Below, one piece after another: positions 1 through 10,022 of a stretch of 64,000 bases of DNA (the first letter of the stretch is position 1; each line of letters begins with the position of its first letter). The notes beneath the pieces are model-generated. The model was given only the letters and a program-made list of their open reading frames with translations, did not search any database and was not told the DNA's origin. The DNA comes from Opitutales bacterium. Lineage in GTDB: Bacteria > Verrucomicrobiota > Verrucomicrobiia > Opitutales > UBA2987. Position numbers and translations under genes: made by a program. The stretch covers positions 256,001-320,000 of the forward strand of contig CBDDEL010000011.1 of assembly GCA_965226885.1 (NCBI GenBank), given 5' to 3'.

Positions 1-101
1 TGAAAAACACCTCAAAATCAAGACGATCCGCCCAAAATACAAAGAAATCCATCTCCAATAGCAATAACGAGCCAAACTTTACCCTTCATGAAATATCCGG
101 G
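1..101 (+). mobile_element. Right end of an IS1380-family element (continues outside the window)
   Basis: Matches the 3' end of the full copies (e.g. 13441-13540) with a few SNPs; ends in the terminal IR gaaatatccggg, followed by a ctag flank. Confidence 0.92.
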
Positions 102-446
102 CTAGCCGGCGTCCACCAGAAAACGAACGATTATCTGGTAAGAGCCCCTCGGCTCATAGACGGAAACCTGGCCATAAACGATTACCTGCATGCCATCCCC
201 GATTGATAAGTCCAGGCTCCCGGCGTCCCCCCGGAAGATCACGGCGGATACCTGGCTTCGGGCATCCTTGAGGGAAAAATAACAGTGGCCGCTGCTCTGC
301 CTCCGAAAATTGGAGATTTCCCCTTTCAGCCAAATTTCCGGGAACCGGATTTCCAGCAGGTTCCTTACTTCACGATTGAATTCCGAGACGCTCAGAATAT
401 GTTCATCGGGCGGAATCAGGCTCTTTTCTAACGGGCTTGGTGGCAT
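102..446 (-). pseudogene. xseA: Exodeoxyribonuclease VII large subunit, N-terminal OB-fold part only, cut off at the IS1380 insertion
   Basis: Motifs LSVSEFNREVR, WLKGEISNFRRQSSGHCYFSLKD and GQVSVYEPRGSYQ; only 114 aa before the IS end (full XseA is about 400-450 aa). Confidence 0.88.
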
Positions 447-1122
447 AGCGATCTCGGGCCATCTTGGTCAACATGATGAGACCGATCAAGAAAACTCCGC
501 CCAGCAGGCCCAGGCCAGCCTTTCCTTCAAAAATCGACTCGCCGACAATGACAATTGCCAGCGCCCAAGCCAGTTCTATCGGCCAGGATGCCCACATATA
601 GGTTTTATAAGGCACTCCCGCCAATCCCAGGAGGTAATTTTTCAAGCAGAAAGGCACTCCCGGCATGATGCGCACTATGAGGGTCATTTTTCCCGCTTCC
701 GATGATTGAATTCGGGGAACCTTGTGCCCGGCCCTGGCCACCAGCTTTTCCGCCAATGGTCTCAGAAAGCCCGCCGCGACCCAATACCCCAAGCTTATGT
801 TCAGAATCATGGCCAGCCCGAACCCGAGCATATTCCATTGCAGCGCATAGAGACCGGGGGCAATCAGGTAAAAGGGACTGATCGGGCATCCCAGCGCTGG
901 CAGGACGGCAAATAATCCGAAAAAGAGGAGAGGATTGGTTTGCTTGAGGAAAACCCAAAAAGCTTCCCCATAGCCGACGACCAACGGCGTCAGCGAATCC
1001 CGGAAAAACCACCCCGCCCCAGCCACAACCATAATCGTCAAGGCCACCCAGGCACCCAGCCGAAGCATCGAACCTTTGCCGGTGCCGCTAACATTTCCCT
1101 CCATACCCGTAACGCTTATCAA
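403..1122 (-). CDS. TVP38/TMEM64 (DedA/VTT domain) membrane protein
   Basis: Multiple TM segments; motif LIVRIMPGVPFCLKNYLLGLAGVP is typical of the VTT domain. Confidence 0.8.
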   Translation of the reverse strand: MISVTGMEGNVSGTGKGSMLRLGAWVALTIMVVAGAGWFFRDSLTPLVVGYGEAFWVFLKQTNPLLFFGLFAVLPALGCPISPFYLIAPGLYALQWNMLGFGLAMILNISLGYWVAAGFLRPLAEKLVARAGHKVPRIQSSEAGKMTLIVRIMPGVPFCLKNYLLGLAGVPYKTYMWASWPIELAWALAIVIVGESIFEGKAGLGLLGGVFLIGLIMLTKMARDRYATKPVRKEPDSAR

Positions 1123-1994
1123 CCCTCGCCACCTTTGACAATCCCTTTTGCGGAGGGCTTGTCGTCCTGCGGTGCCGTTTGGCTATCTGCCATTTGAGGC
1201 GAGGGTGGGGGGCTTTGCAGGAGTATTTCTTCCAGTTTCAGCCCGGTTAATTGGTGGATGCCTTTGAGCAGCCTGGTCAATGCGAACATCAGCACGGCCA
1301 TGGAGGGAATGACGATGACCGGATAGCTCCAGAAGGTCATTTTGCCAATTTCCCTGTTAAAGGCTTCGGTTCCGCTTTCGCTCTTGATGAGAAAGCTGGC
1401 CAATCCGTAATTAAGCATGGCGCTGAGGAGGAATGAGAACGCCAGCAGTAGGGTGCAGTAAACGAGGAGTTGGTTGAATTTTTCGCCCGTGCCGCGGCGG
1501 CTGAGTTCGGCCTCGACCTTGGGCACGTCGAAAATCTGATCGTTGTAAAGGAAGAGGCGCACCAGCGGTTTGCTGGATTTCAAGGTGGCCATGACGGCCA
1601 GGCCGAAAAGTGCTGGCACGGCCGCCTCCTTGACCGCGATCCAGTCTTTATCCAGCTTGAAAAGGCCCACCCCTCCGGTGATCAGGATGCTGGCAAAGCC
1701 GAGCACGGAAAAGAAGTTGCATTTCCTCCGCTTGTGAAAATCGAAAAGACCGTAGCTGATGGGAAAAAGCAGAGCCAGGACAAGAAAAAAGGCCGGGGGC
1801 AGTTGCACATTTGCGATGGTTTCCAGCAAACGGCTCCCTTTCATGAGAATGAGCGAGGGCAAGAATATATTCAGCCCCAGGTTCAGCCACATATTTTCCC
1901 GCTTGTTTTGAGTTGGATTCCGGGGAATGGATGGTGTAGCCTGCGGCTCATCCGATGAATAGATTTCTTTATGCATAACCCTTGGTGGTATCAC
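1119..1994 (-). CDS. VC0807-family membrane protein (start uncertain)
   Basis: Motifs [42 protein letters not shown] and [19 protein letters not shown]; hydrophobic. Confidence 0.7.
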   Translation of the reverse strand: MIPPRVMHKEIYSSDEPQATPSIPRNPTQNKRENMWLNLGLNIFLPSLILMKGSRLLETIANVQLPPAFFLVLALLFPISYGLFDFHKRRKCNFFSVLGFASILITGGVGLFKLDKDWIAVKEAAVPALFGLAVMATLKSSKPLVRLFLYNDQIFDVPKVEAELSRRGTGEKFNQLLVYCTLLLAFSFLLSAMLNYGLASFLIKSESGTEAFNREIGKMTFWSYPVIVIPSMAVLMFALTRLLKGIHQLTGLKLEEILLQSPPPSPQMADSQTAPQDDKPSAKGIVKGGEG

Positions 1995-2005
1995 GTTTTA
2001 GGCGA

Positions 2006-2677
2006 ATGGAAGTGAAAGCAAGAAAGATTCGTTGCCTCATATCGGCGGGACCGACGCGGGAATTTTTCGACCCCGTGCGGTTCATGAGCAATCCATCCAC
2101 CGGCAAAATGGGCTATGCTTTAGCCGGTGCAGCCCTCAAAATGGGGTGGCAGGTCGATCTCGTCAGCGGCCCCGTGTCTTTGCCCGCGCCCGATGTGGCG
2201 GCCATTCATGGCGTCGTCACGGGCGATGAAATGTTGGCCCGCATCGATGCCCTTTTCGAGACCTGCGATATTCTCATTATGGCGGCTGCCGTGATGGATT
2301 ACCGGCCCCGGGAATATTCCGATAGTAAAATCAAAAAATCGGGCGATAGCCTGATGGTGGAACTTGATCCGGTGGTCGATATTCTGAAAACGGTGGCGGC
2401 TCGAAAAAAGGACCAATTGGTGGTCGGGTTTGCCGCCGAAACGGAAAACGTGACAGCCCATGGGCGCGAGAAACTGGAACGGAAAAATGCCGATTTTATC
2501 GTCGCCAACCAGGTGGGCGCTCCCGGCGCCGGTTTTGCCGCGGACACCAATTTTGTCACCTTGATCGGGCACCGTGGTTTTACCCTCGACATCGGTCCCG
2601 CCTCCAAGCACGAGATTGGCGAACAATTGATTGCCGCGTTCGCCTCCGAGATCGGGCGGCCCGTCGGCAAACCGTAA
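2006..2677 (+). CDS. coaB: Phosphopantothenate--cysteine ligase (stand-alone CoaB domain)
   Basis: Motifs [42 protein letters not shown] and [13 protein letters not shown]. Confidence 0.9.
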   Translation: MEVKARKIRCLISAGPTREFFDPVRFMSNPSTGKMGYALAGAALKMGWQVDLVSGPVSLPAPDVAAIHGVVTGDEMLARIDALFETCDILIMAAAVMDYRPREYSDSKIKKSGDSLMVELDPVVDILKTVAARKKDQLVVGFAAETENVTAHGREKLERKNADFIVANQVGAPGAGFAADTNFVTLIGHRGFTLDIGPASKHEIGEQLIAAFASEIGRPVGKP

Positions 2678-2698
2678 CCTCTTCCAACTCGACCGACC

Positions 2699-3883
2699 AT
2701 GGTTCATCGAAAACATACGCCGCTGGAAAAAGTTTTGGGCCGACTGGACGAACTGGATACCACCAATTTGACCATTCTGGTGCAGCGGCTGGCCCGTGAG
2801 CGCCAACTCCTCGAAACCATTTTCGAAAATGGTTTCGAGGGCATCCTCGTCATCGACCAACAAGGGATCATCGAGTATGCCAACGGGGCGGCCCGAAAAC
2901 TGATCGGGTTCGACCTCAAGGATTTGGGCCAGGCGGTCCTATGGAAACTCGTGCCGGACCTTGCGCGAACCCTCGACCTTTCAGCCCAAGGGGCTTTCGG
3001 CGAAGTTTTGGGGGTATCCCGCGAATTGCATCTTACCTACCCGGAAAACCGATTTGTCCGGCTTTACCTGGTGCCTTTTCTGGAAGGCAAATCCCGCGGT
3101 TCGAGTAAAAATACTCGTTATGCGGTCATCCTTTCGGACATTACCGAAGAGAAGATATCGACCCGGGACCGAATTGAAAATGAAAAGGTATCCTCCATCA
3201 TCATGCTGGCGGCGGGCGTGGCCCACGAGTTGGGCAACCCTCTCAACTCCCTCACCATTCACCTCCAGTTGATCAAACGTGAACTGAAAAAAATGAAGGA
3301 AAACGAGGGTCTGGCCAAAATATACAAATCACTGGCTGTGTGCTCGGCGGAGGTTGAGCGGCTGGACGGTATCATCGCCAATTTCCTCGAAGCGGTGCGG
3401 CCCCATCCGCCCGATTTTCAGGATCTCGACCTCCTTGCTGTGCTCGATGAAGTGATGGAAATACTGGGCCAGGAATTAAAAAATCACCAGGTTCTGGTCG
3501 AGATTGACGCCAGCGATGCCCTGCCCGTTATCTTGGCCGACCGCAACCAGATCAAACAGGTCTATTTCAACATTCTCAAAAACGCCTGCGAAGCGATGGA
3601 AAGAGGCGGTACGATCAAAGTGCGCACCCGTTCCGATGACGAATTTGTATTCCTGCAAATCGCCGACAGCGGCCGAGGCATCGAGCAGAGCAACTTCACC
3701 CGCGTCTTCGAACCCTATTTTTCAACCAAAGAAAAAGGCCACGGTCTGGGAATGATGATCGTGCAGCGAATCATGCGCGATCACGGCGGGCAGTTAGGTA
3801 TCGACAGCCAGGTAGGCGTCGGCACCGTTCTGACCCTGCAATTCCCCCAAAAACACCGCCGCATCCGCCTGTTGGAAAAGTAG
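2699..3883 (+). CDS. PAS-domain sensor histidine kinase (NtrB-like, cytoplasmic)
   Basis: PAS-like EGILVIDQQGIIEYAN; H-box AGVAHELGNPL; N-box NILKNACEAM; G-boxes DSGRGI and GHGLGM. Confidence 0.9.
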   Translation: MVHRKHTPLEKVLGRLDELDTTNLTILVQRLARERQLLETIFENGFEGILVIDQQGIIEYANGAARKLIGFDLKDLGQAVLWKLVPDLARTLDLSAQGAFGEVLGVSRELHLTYPENRFVRLYLVPFLEGKSRGSSKNTRYAVILSDITEEKISTRDRIENEKVSSIIMLAAGVAHELGNPLNSLTIHLQLIKRELKKMKENEGLAKIYKSLAVCSAEVERLDGIIANFLEAVRPHPPDFQDLDLLAVLDEVMEILGQELKNHQVLVEIDASDALPVILADRNQIKQVYFNILKNACEAMERGGTIKVRTRSDDEFVFLQIADSGRGIEQSNFTRVFEPYFSTKEKGHGLGMMIVQRIMRDHGGQLGIDSQVGVGTVLTLQFPQKHRRIRLLEK

Positions 3884-4052
3884 GGTTTAAAGTAAAGCCC
3901 ATTGTACTTAATAAGGGGAATATATTTGCACTCCTTATGCCTTCCAATGGCCAAACTCACTCCATGCCTCTTTGTCTCCGTTAGAATTCCTATCCGTATC
4001 TTCAAATGATAAATATGAATTATGAACATTGACACCTTTTGGTGTGTCTTTT

Positions 4053-4454
4053 CTAGCCTTTGAGCATGATCTCTCCATCTACTACTGATCGTGTCGGTAT
4101 CTTAGCTCGGTCAATATCACCTTGTAGGGTAAGAAATAGATCTTTCGCAAATACTGGATCGTCAAAGTGCCAAGAGTGTGACCAATTACCTGATGCTTCG
4201 CTATTACCTTTATCCAAATTATTCCAATAAGCTCCTACATTTACGTTTACAATATTACCCGGAGCATCTTCAGGTAAACCGACTCGACCTACTCTTGGCG
4301 CAGTGCCTAACTGTTTTACGTTTGATACTTTAAGGGCTGAGTCATAAGGGTTTTGGTAATTTGTGATACGTGTGGCGTGAGTGAATAAGGCTTGCGATTT
4401 TGAGTCATCTTTGGAAAGGGATTTCCTGGCGATATCACCACCGATAAAAGCTAA
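4053..4454 (-). pseudogene. C-terminal third of a DUF900-like alpha/beta hydrolase
   Basis: Manual translation LAFIGGDIARKSL...RITNYQNPYDSALKVS...PRVGRVGLP...SHSWHFDDPVFAKDL...KG*; has no start and begins at the IS1380 junction. Confidence 0.75.
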
Positions 4455-6021
4455 CCCGGATATTTCATGAAGGGTAAAGTTTGGCTCGTTATTGCTATTG
4501 GAGATGGATTTCTTTGTATTTTGAGCAGATCGTCTTGATTTTTAGGTGTTTTTCAGGGTGTAGAGACACTGCCCCCTTTCCCCCATTGGTTCGGTAGTGC
4601 CGGGGGCAGCACCAATGCACCCTTTAGGTTGGCACCAATCGGCGGGCCGCATGGTTGAAAAGACTGGCCCAAGGATAACTCTCACTTAGGTGAAAGTGAA
4701 TCGTTCGGGTGTTGCGCACGATGACCGCTCCGATCTTGATTAATTTGAGCCGCAGGGTGTGGCATTGGGCCCGCGCCCACTTCGTCCCTTTTAAGGCTAA
4801 CCGGCGCATGGCTTCCATCAAGGTGTAGGCCAGCGCCGACAAGAGCAATCGCCACTGATTGGCCCACCATTGATGGGCGCTGGTGCGCTCGCTGAACAAT
4901 TGCATCTGTTCCTTGATTCGGTTCTCCATTTCACCGCGGCCACAGTATACCTTGTCGTAAAGCTCCTGGGGATCGCCCGGCAGGTTCGTCACCACGAAGC
5001 GCGGGTTGGACCCCTGTGCGGTGTGTTCGGCTTTATGGATGACCAACCGCAGCCATCGCCACGAATCGGCAGCATAGACGAAGTCCTGGAATAACCGTTG
5101 TTTTTTACCCCTTAGTTCGAACCATTCTTTGGCCTGCTTTTGCAACTGCTGGGCGTCTTGCTGCAAGCGTGCATTGCGAGCCATCCCCACGATGTAACTA
5201 ACTTCGTTGCGGTCGCACCAAGAGAGTATCCGGTCTCGACAAAATCCACTGTCGGCGCGCCAAATAATCCGCGTACGGGGCCAGCTTTGGCGAATCCGTT
5301 TAACCAGCAATTTGAGGATGGCCCCGGCATGCTTGCTGGCATCGATCTTGCTCGGCCGCAGGTAGGCCACCAGCAGCTGATCACCGCAAAAAACATATAG
5401 CGGCAGAAAACAGTAATGATCATAATAACCGTGGAAAAAACGTCCCTCCTGGAGCCCGTGCACCGGATTGTCGGTGGCGTCAAAGTCCAGGATGATCTCT
5501 TCGGGTTCCTCGGCAAAGGAGCCCATGAACTGTTCGACCAACAGCTCGTTTACCGCAAAGGCCGCCCGCCGATCCTGCCCGTTTTCAAAACGACACAAAG
5601 TCGGCGCGCTGGCCAACGTTTCAATGCGCCCCGTTACCGTTTGCAACAATGGATCGTGGCGCAGGGTATCAAAGTCGTTCAAATCCTCATAGCCCGCCAC
5701 CAGCCCGTAAACGCGCTGCCGCAGCATCCCCAAGACCTCATGGCGTACTTTGCCCTTCTGCCGTTTGTCCACTAACTGTCGGGCCGCTCGTTCGGTCAAG
5801 CCCAACTGCCGATCCACTTCCCGGATCAAAAGCAGTCCGGCATCCGAAGTAACCTCTCCGCCCTTGAAATCAACCCGCACACGGCGGCCTTTTACCCTTG
5901 TCAACTGTAGCTTTAATTGTTTACCTTTTGTCATCGCTGATATTGCTTTAATTATTGATCTATCCTGCTGTATATCAGCAGTTAAGCATATCAACGATAC
6001 TTTTTTTACGAAATATCCGGG
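4455..6021 (-). mobile_element. IS1380-family element, complete (1567 bp)
   Basis: 12-bp terminal IRs cccggatatttc / gaaatatccggg; flanks ctaa and ctag. Confidence 0.95.
4624..5934 (-). CDS. IS1380-family DDE transposase
   Basis: Motifs FKGGEVTSDAGLLL, GYEDLNDFDTLRHDP, LDFDATD, RADSGF and YCGRGEMENRIKEQ; likely start MTKGKQ. Confidence 0.93.
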   Translation of the reverse strand: MTKGKQLKLQLTRVKGRRVRVDFKGGEVTSDAGLLLIREVDRQLGLTERAARQLVDKRQKGKVRHEVLGMLRQRVYGLVAGYEDLNDFDTLRHDPLLQTVTGRIETLASAPTLCRFENGQDRRAAFAVNELLVEQFMGSFAEEPEEIILDFDATDNPVHGLQEGRFFHGYYDHYCFLPLYVFCGDQLLVAYLRPSKIDASKHAGAILKLLVKRIRQSWPRTRIIWRADSGFCRDRILSWCDRNEVSYIVGMARNARLQQDAQQLQKQAKEWFELRGKKQRLFQDFVYAADSWRWLRLVIHKAEHTAQGSNPRFVVTNLPGDPQELYDKVYCGRGEMENRIKEQMQLFSERTSAHQWWANQWRLLLSALAYTLMEAMRRLALKGTKWARAQCHTLRLKLIKIGAVIVRNTRTIHFHLSESYPWASLFNHAARRLVPT

Positions 6022-6089
6022 CTAGTGCCAATTGCACATTGAATTACCTGGAAGATCGTTCTGATGCTAAAAGCACCGCTAGTAAATTA

Positions 6090-7906
6090 GAGGCTGTCCC
6101 AAAAATATAAAGATTTTATAGTCAACTGGATGACGTTGATAAAAAGAGCCGGAAAGAGCAAGTTTTTGCTCGATCCGGCCAAAAAAGGGTTCTATAATTG
6201 AGTTAGCGAAAATCAATATAGCCCTTTCTATGAAAAATATAGCCATCCAATGCCTCCTGCGTCCAGCTTTAACTGTGGTCGACCGGTGCCTCGATTACGA
6301 TAACTTCCGCGCCACCATTGATCGAATCGATCGGCTGCTGATCGACTCGGAGGTGGAATCGCAGGCCATTGAGCTGGCCTTGGAGGGGTGGCCGCCAATG
6401 GGTCTAAAGGCCCGGCGGCAGCGGGCCAGTTTTGCCATCAAGGCACTGCGCATGGATACGCTGGGCCGTCTGCTCGGAGGGATTTCGTTTCGGCATTTGT
6501 CGCGGGCTCTGGGCAGCAGCGATCTGTTGGCCGACTTTTGCCGTGTCCGGCAGATCGATGGCATCAGGGGCATCTCCAAAAGCACCCTGGAGCGGGCCTC
6601 GAAGTTTTTCAGCGAAGAGCAGTTGAGGGCCTTGCACCGGACCTTGACTGAGGTGGTGGGCGATGCCCTTCTGGCCCGGCAGGTGGGATTGGACAAGCCG
6701 ATTGACACCACCATTTGCCTGATCGACGGCACCTGTTTGGAGGCTAACATTCATTGGCCGACGGACTGGGTATTACTCAAGGATGTAGCCGGCACGTTGC
6801 TCAAAGCGATCCGGCTGATCCGCGAGAAGGCCGGTTTGCGCCATCGCATGCCGATCGAACCGGAGCCCTTGGCTCGGCAGATGAATCGGCTGTGCATACA
6901 GATGACCCACAGCCGGCGGCGAAAGGACAGCGCGCGGCAGCGCAAGGGTATCTTGAGGCAGATGAAAAAGCTGCTCAAACGGATCGGGGAGCATGCCCGC
7001 AGTCACCGGGAATTATTGCAAGCCTGCTGGGAGCAAAGCGATTACAGCGAAAAACAGGTCCAACAGATCCTCGCCCGGATGGAGCGCATGAGCGAGCAAA
7101 TCCCGGTGGTCATCAAACAGGCGCACGAGCGGATCATTGGCCGCCGCCAGGTGAAAAACGCAGAGAAAGTCTTGAGTGTTTACGAACTCGATGTGCAGGT
7201 GATTGTGCGAGGTAAAGCGGGCCAAGAGGTCGAGTTCGGCAACACCCTGTTTTTGGGAGAAAGCGTTGAAGGGTACCTGCTGGACTGGAAACTCTACGGC
7301 AGCCGAACTCCAAGCGAAAATGAACAAATGCAAGAGAGTTTGCAAAGACAGAACCGCTTCAACCTGGAAGAACCCATAGCGGCCATGTGCGCGGACCGGG
7401 GATTTGCCTCCCAGCGGGCCCGCCGGCAGTTAGCCCAGGAGGGAATCTACGACGCGCTCTGTCCACGCGATCCGAAGCAGTTGAAAAAACGGATGGAGGA
7501 ACCACTGTTCAGACAATTGCAAAAGCGCCGGGCCAGCACCGAAGGGCGGATCGGGGTATTGAAGAATCGCTGGCAGGCCGGGCGGTTGCGCAGCAAAGGC
7601 TTTGCCAACCGCTCGATCAGCGTAGCCTGGTCGGTACTCTCGCACAACCTATGGAAAGTAGCCAAGATGCTGGCCCAGCAAGACGAACTAAAAACCAAAG
7701 CGGCGGCCTAGAGAGCGGAAAAGCAAGGACAATACTTTTTCACAGCCTTACTGTCGGCTCATACAAAGAAAACCAGGCAACCGGACCCCAAAACCAGTAT
7801 CCTAACGTTATAGGAGAGCAAAGTTGATACTCTCCCAAATGCAAATACCTCTAAAATGAGCGCCTATCAAAAGCCCTCGCAAAAATCACCCTTTTGGGAC
7901 AGCCTC
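6090..7906 (+). mobile_element. ISNCY/IS5-like element, complete (1817 bp)
   Basis: 15-bp IRs gaggctgtcccaaaa / ttttgggacagcctc; 7-bp TSD taaatta at 6083-6089 and 7907-7913. Confidence 0.92.
6230..7711 (+). CDS. DDE transposase (ISNCY/IS5-like)
   Basis: Motifs DGTCLEANIHWPTDWVLLKD, RGKAGQEVEFG, ADRGF and RASTEGRIGVLK. Confidence 0.88.
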   Translation: MKNIAIQCLLRPALTVVDRCLDYDNFRATIDRIDRLLIDSEVESQAIELALEGWPPMGLKARRQRASFAIKALRMDTLGRLLGGISFRHLSRALGSSDLLADFCRVRQIDGIRGISKSTLERASKFFSEEQLRALHRTLTEVVGDALLARQVGLDKPIDTTICLIDGTCLEANIHWPTDWVLLKDVAGTLLKAIRLIREKAGLRHRMPIEPEPLARQMNRLCIQMTHSRRRKDSARQRKGILRQMKKLLKRIGEHARSHRELLQACWEQSDYSEKQVQQILARMERMSEQIPVVIKQAHERIIGRRQVKNAEKVLSVYELDVQVIVRGKAGQEVEFGNTLFLGESVEGYLLDWKLYGSRTPSENEQMQESLQRQNRFNLEEPIAAMCADRGFASQRARRQLAQEGIYDALCPRDPKQLKKRMEEPLFRQLQKRRASTEGRIGVLKNRWQAGRLRSKGFANRSISVAWSVLSHNLWKVAKMLAQQDELKTKAAA

Positions 7907-7947
7907 TAAATTAGTAAAGGACGGTATCTCTATTCTTGCCCGTAATC

Positions 7948-8003
7948 AGTTGACCCAAGATCGAAACAAATGTGAAGTTGACCCAAGATCGAAACAAATG
8001 TGA
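7948..8003 (+). repeat. Perfect 28-bp tandem duplication
   Basis: agttgacccaagatcgaaacaaatgtga x2. Confidence 0.95.
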
Positions 8004-9254
8004 CATTGATGTGCATCTACTAGGTCATTCCACCGGCGCTTATGTGATTCGTGAGGGTTTTTATGAAGCGTCTCAAAATAGAAGTATCTCAAGAGTTAAC
8101 TGGCAAGTAAGCCAATTAGCCCGGATATTTCGTAAAAAAAGTATCGTTGATATGCTTAACTGCTGATATACAGCAGGATAGATCAATAATTAAAGCAATA
8201 TCAGCGATGACAAAAGGTAAACAATTAAAGCTACAGTTGACAAGGGTAAAAGGCCGCCGTGTGCGGGTTGATTTCAAGGGCGGAGAGGTTACTTCGGATG
8301 CCGGACTGCTTTTGATCCGGGAAGTGGATCGGCAGTTGGGCTTGACCGAACGAGCGGCCCGACAGTTAGTGGACAAACGGCAGAAGGGCAAAGTACGCCA
8401 TGAGGTCTTGGGGATGCTGCGGCAGCGCGTTTACGGGCTGGTGGCGGGCTATGAGGATTTGAACGACTTTGATACCCTGCGCCACGATCCATTGTTGCAA
8501 ACGGTAACGGGGCGCATTGAAACGTTGGCCAGCGCGCCGACTTTGTGTCGTTTTGAAAACGGGCAGGATCGGCGGGCGGCCTTTGCGGTAAACGAGCTGT
8601 TGGTCGAACAGTTCATGGGCTCCTTTGCCGAGGAACCCGAAGAGATCATCCTGGACTTTGACGCCACCGACAATCCGGTGCACGGGCTCCAGGAGGGACG
8701 TTTTTTCCACGGTTATTATGATCATTACTGTTTTCTGCCGCTATATGTTTTTTGCGGTGATCAGCTGCTGGTGGCCTACCTGCGGCCGAGCAAGATCGAT
8801 GCCAGCAAGCATGCCGGGGCCATCCTCAAATTGCTGGTTAAACGGATTCGCCAAAGCTGGCCCCGTACGCGGATTATTTGGCGCGCCGACAGTGGATTTT
8901 GTCGAGACCGGATACTCTCTTGGTGCGACCGCAACGAAGTTAGTTACATCGTGGGGATGGCTCGCAATGCACGCTTGCAGCAAGACGCCCAGCAGTTGCA
9001 AAAGCAGGCCAAAGAATGGTTCGAACTAAGGGGTAAAAAACAACGGTTATTCCAGGACTTCGTCTATGCTGCCGATTCGTGTGTAAACGCCGGGATGAAA
9101 CCGGTACGGGGGTCGGGGTAAAACCGGTACGCTTGGAATAAGGTTTAGGTTAGTAATTGCAGGTACGTCAAGGTTTAGGGTTTGGGAGTTGGTTTTGGGG
9201 ATTGGCTTGGGGTCGGTGAGGAGGCCGGAGGCCGACGAGCCGGGCCCAAGGCGT

Positions 9255-10022
9255 TTATTGTTTTGTGCCACGGCGACGGCGTCGAGCATCGCGCAAGCGG
9301 TAGCTTTGCCCGTTGGCTTCGAGGATATGCACCCGATGGGTGAGTCGGTCCAGCAGAGCTCCGGTGAGCCGTTCGGAACCGAGCACTTCGATCCAGTTCT
9401 CAAAGGGCAGGTTGGTGGTGACGATGAGACTGGTGCGCTCGTAAGCGCGGCTGACCACGTCGAAGAGCAGTTCGGAACCGGTCTTGGAAAAAGGGACGTA
9501 ACCGAGTTCGTCGAGGATGAGTAGGTCGAGCCTTTCGAGTTGCTTCATGAAGCGCTGCAGGTCGTGGTTGTCGCGTTGCTCGAGCATATGGGTAACCAGG
9601 GCGGTGACCCCGAAGAAACGGATCCGCGGGCCCTGGGCACAGGCGGCAAAGCCCAGGGCGGTGGCCAGGTGCGTTTTACCGGTACCGGCGTTACCGAGGA
9701 GCAGCACGTTTTCGCGCTGGTCGACATACTCCCCGCGCATGAGCTCTCGGATGAGCGCTTCGTTGATCGAGGGCTGCGCTTCAAAGGCGAAGCTCTCGAG
9801 GGTCTTGAGCACGGGGAAACGGGCGTTTTTGATCCGCCGCTGGGCGGCCCGCTGTTCGCGTTCAATGAGCTCCCGTTCGACCAGATGCAACAAAAAGGCG
9901 GCGTAATCGAGCCGGTCCCGGGAACAAGCCGCGGCCACCGCCGGCCATTCGCGCAGGATGGTGGGCAACTTCAGTTTCTTGAGGTGATGGTGTAACAGCA
10001 GCTGGTTTTTTTCTTCCTTCAT
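9255..10022 (-). CDS. istB: IS21 helper AAA+ ATPase
   Basis: Walker A GNAGTGKTHLA, Walker B LLILDELGYVP and ALLDRLTHR. Confidence 0.93.
   Translation of the reverse strand: MKEEKNQLLLHHHLKKLKLPTILREWPAVAAACSRDRLDYAAFLLHLVERELIEREQRAAQRRIKNARFPVLKTLESFAFEAQPSINEALIRELMRGEYVDQRENVLLLGNAGTGKTHLATALGFAACAQGPRIRFFGVTALVTHMLEQRDNHDLQRFMKQLERLDLLILDELGYVPFSKTGSELLFDVVSRAYERTSLIVTTNLPFENWIEVLGSERLTGALLDRLTHRVHILEANGQSYRLRDARRRRRGTKQ

Larger units (their letters stand above)
6022..8119 (+). pseudogene. Middle part of the DUF900-like alpha/beta hydrolase, inverted relative to its other fragments, interrupted by an ISNCY element and frameshifted by a 28-bp duplication
   Basis: Removing the IS, one TSD and one duplicate gives SANCTLNYLEDRSDAKSTASKLVKDGISILARNQLTQDRNKCDIDVHLLGHSTGAYVIREG...VSQL, with the GxSxG nucleophile elbow. 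Confidence 0.78.

Noticed and set aside
102..105. TAG read-through (pyrrolysine or recoding) in xseA
   Set aside because: An IS terminus follows immediately and other genes in the window use TAG as a normal stop
3781..4035. 84-aa ORF in the AT-rich gap
   Set aside because: It overlaps the kinase 3' end and has no motif or RBS support
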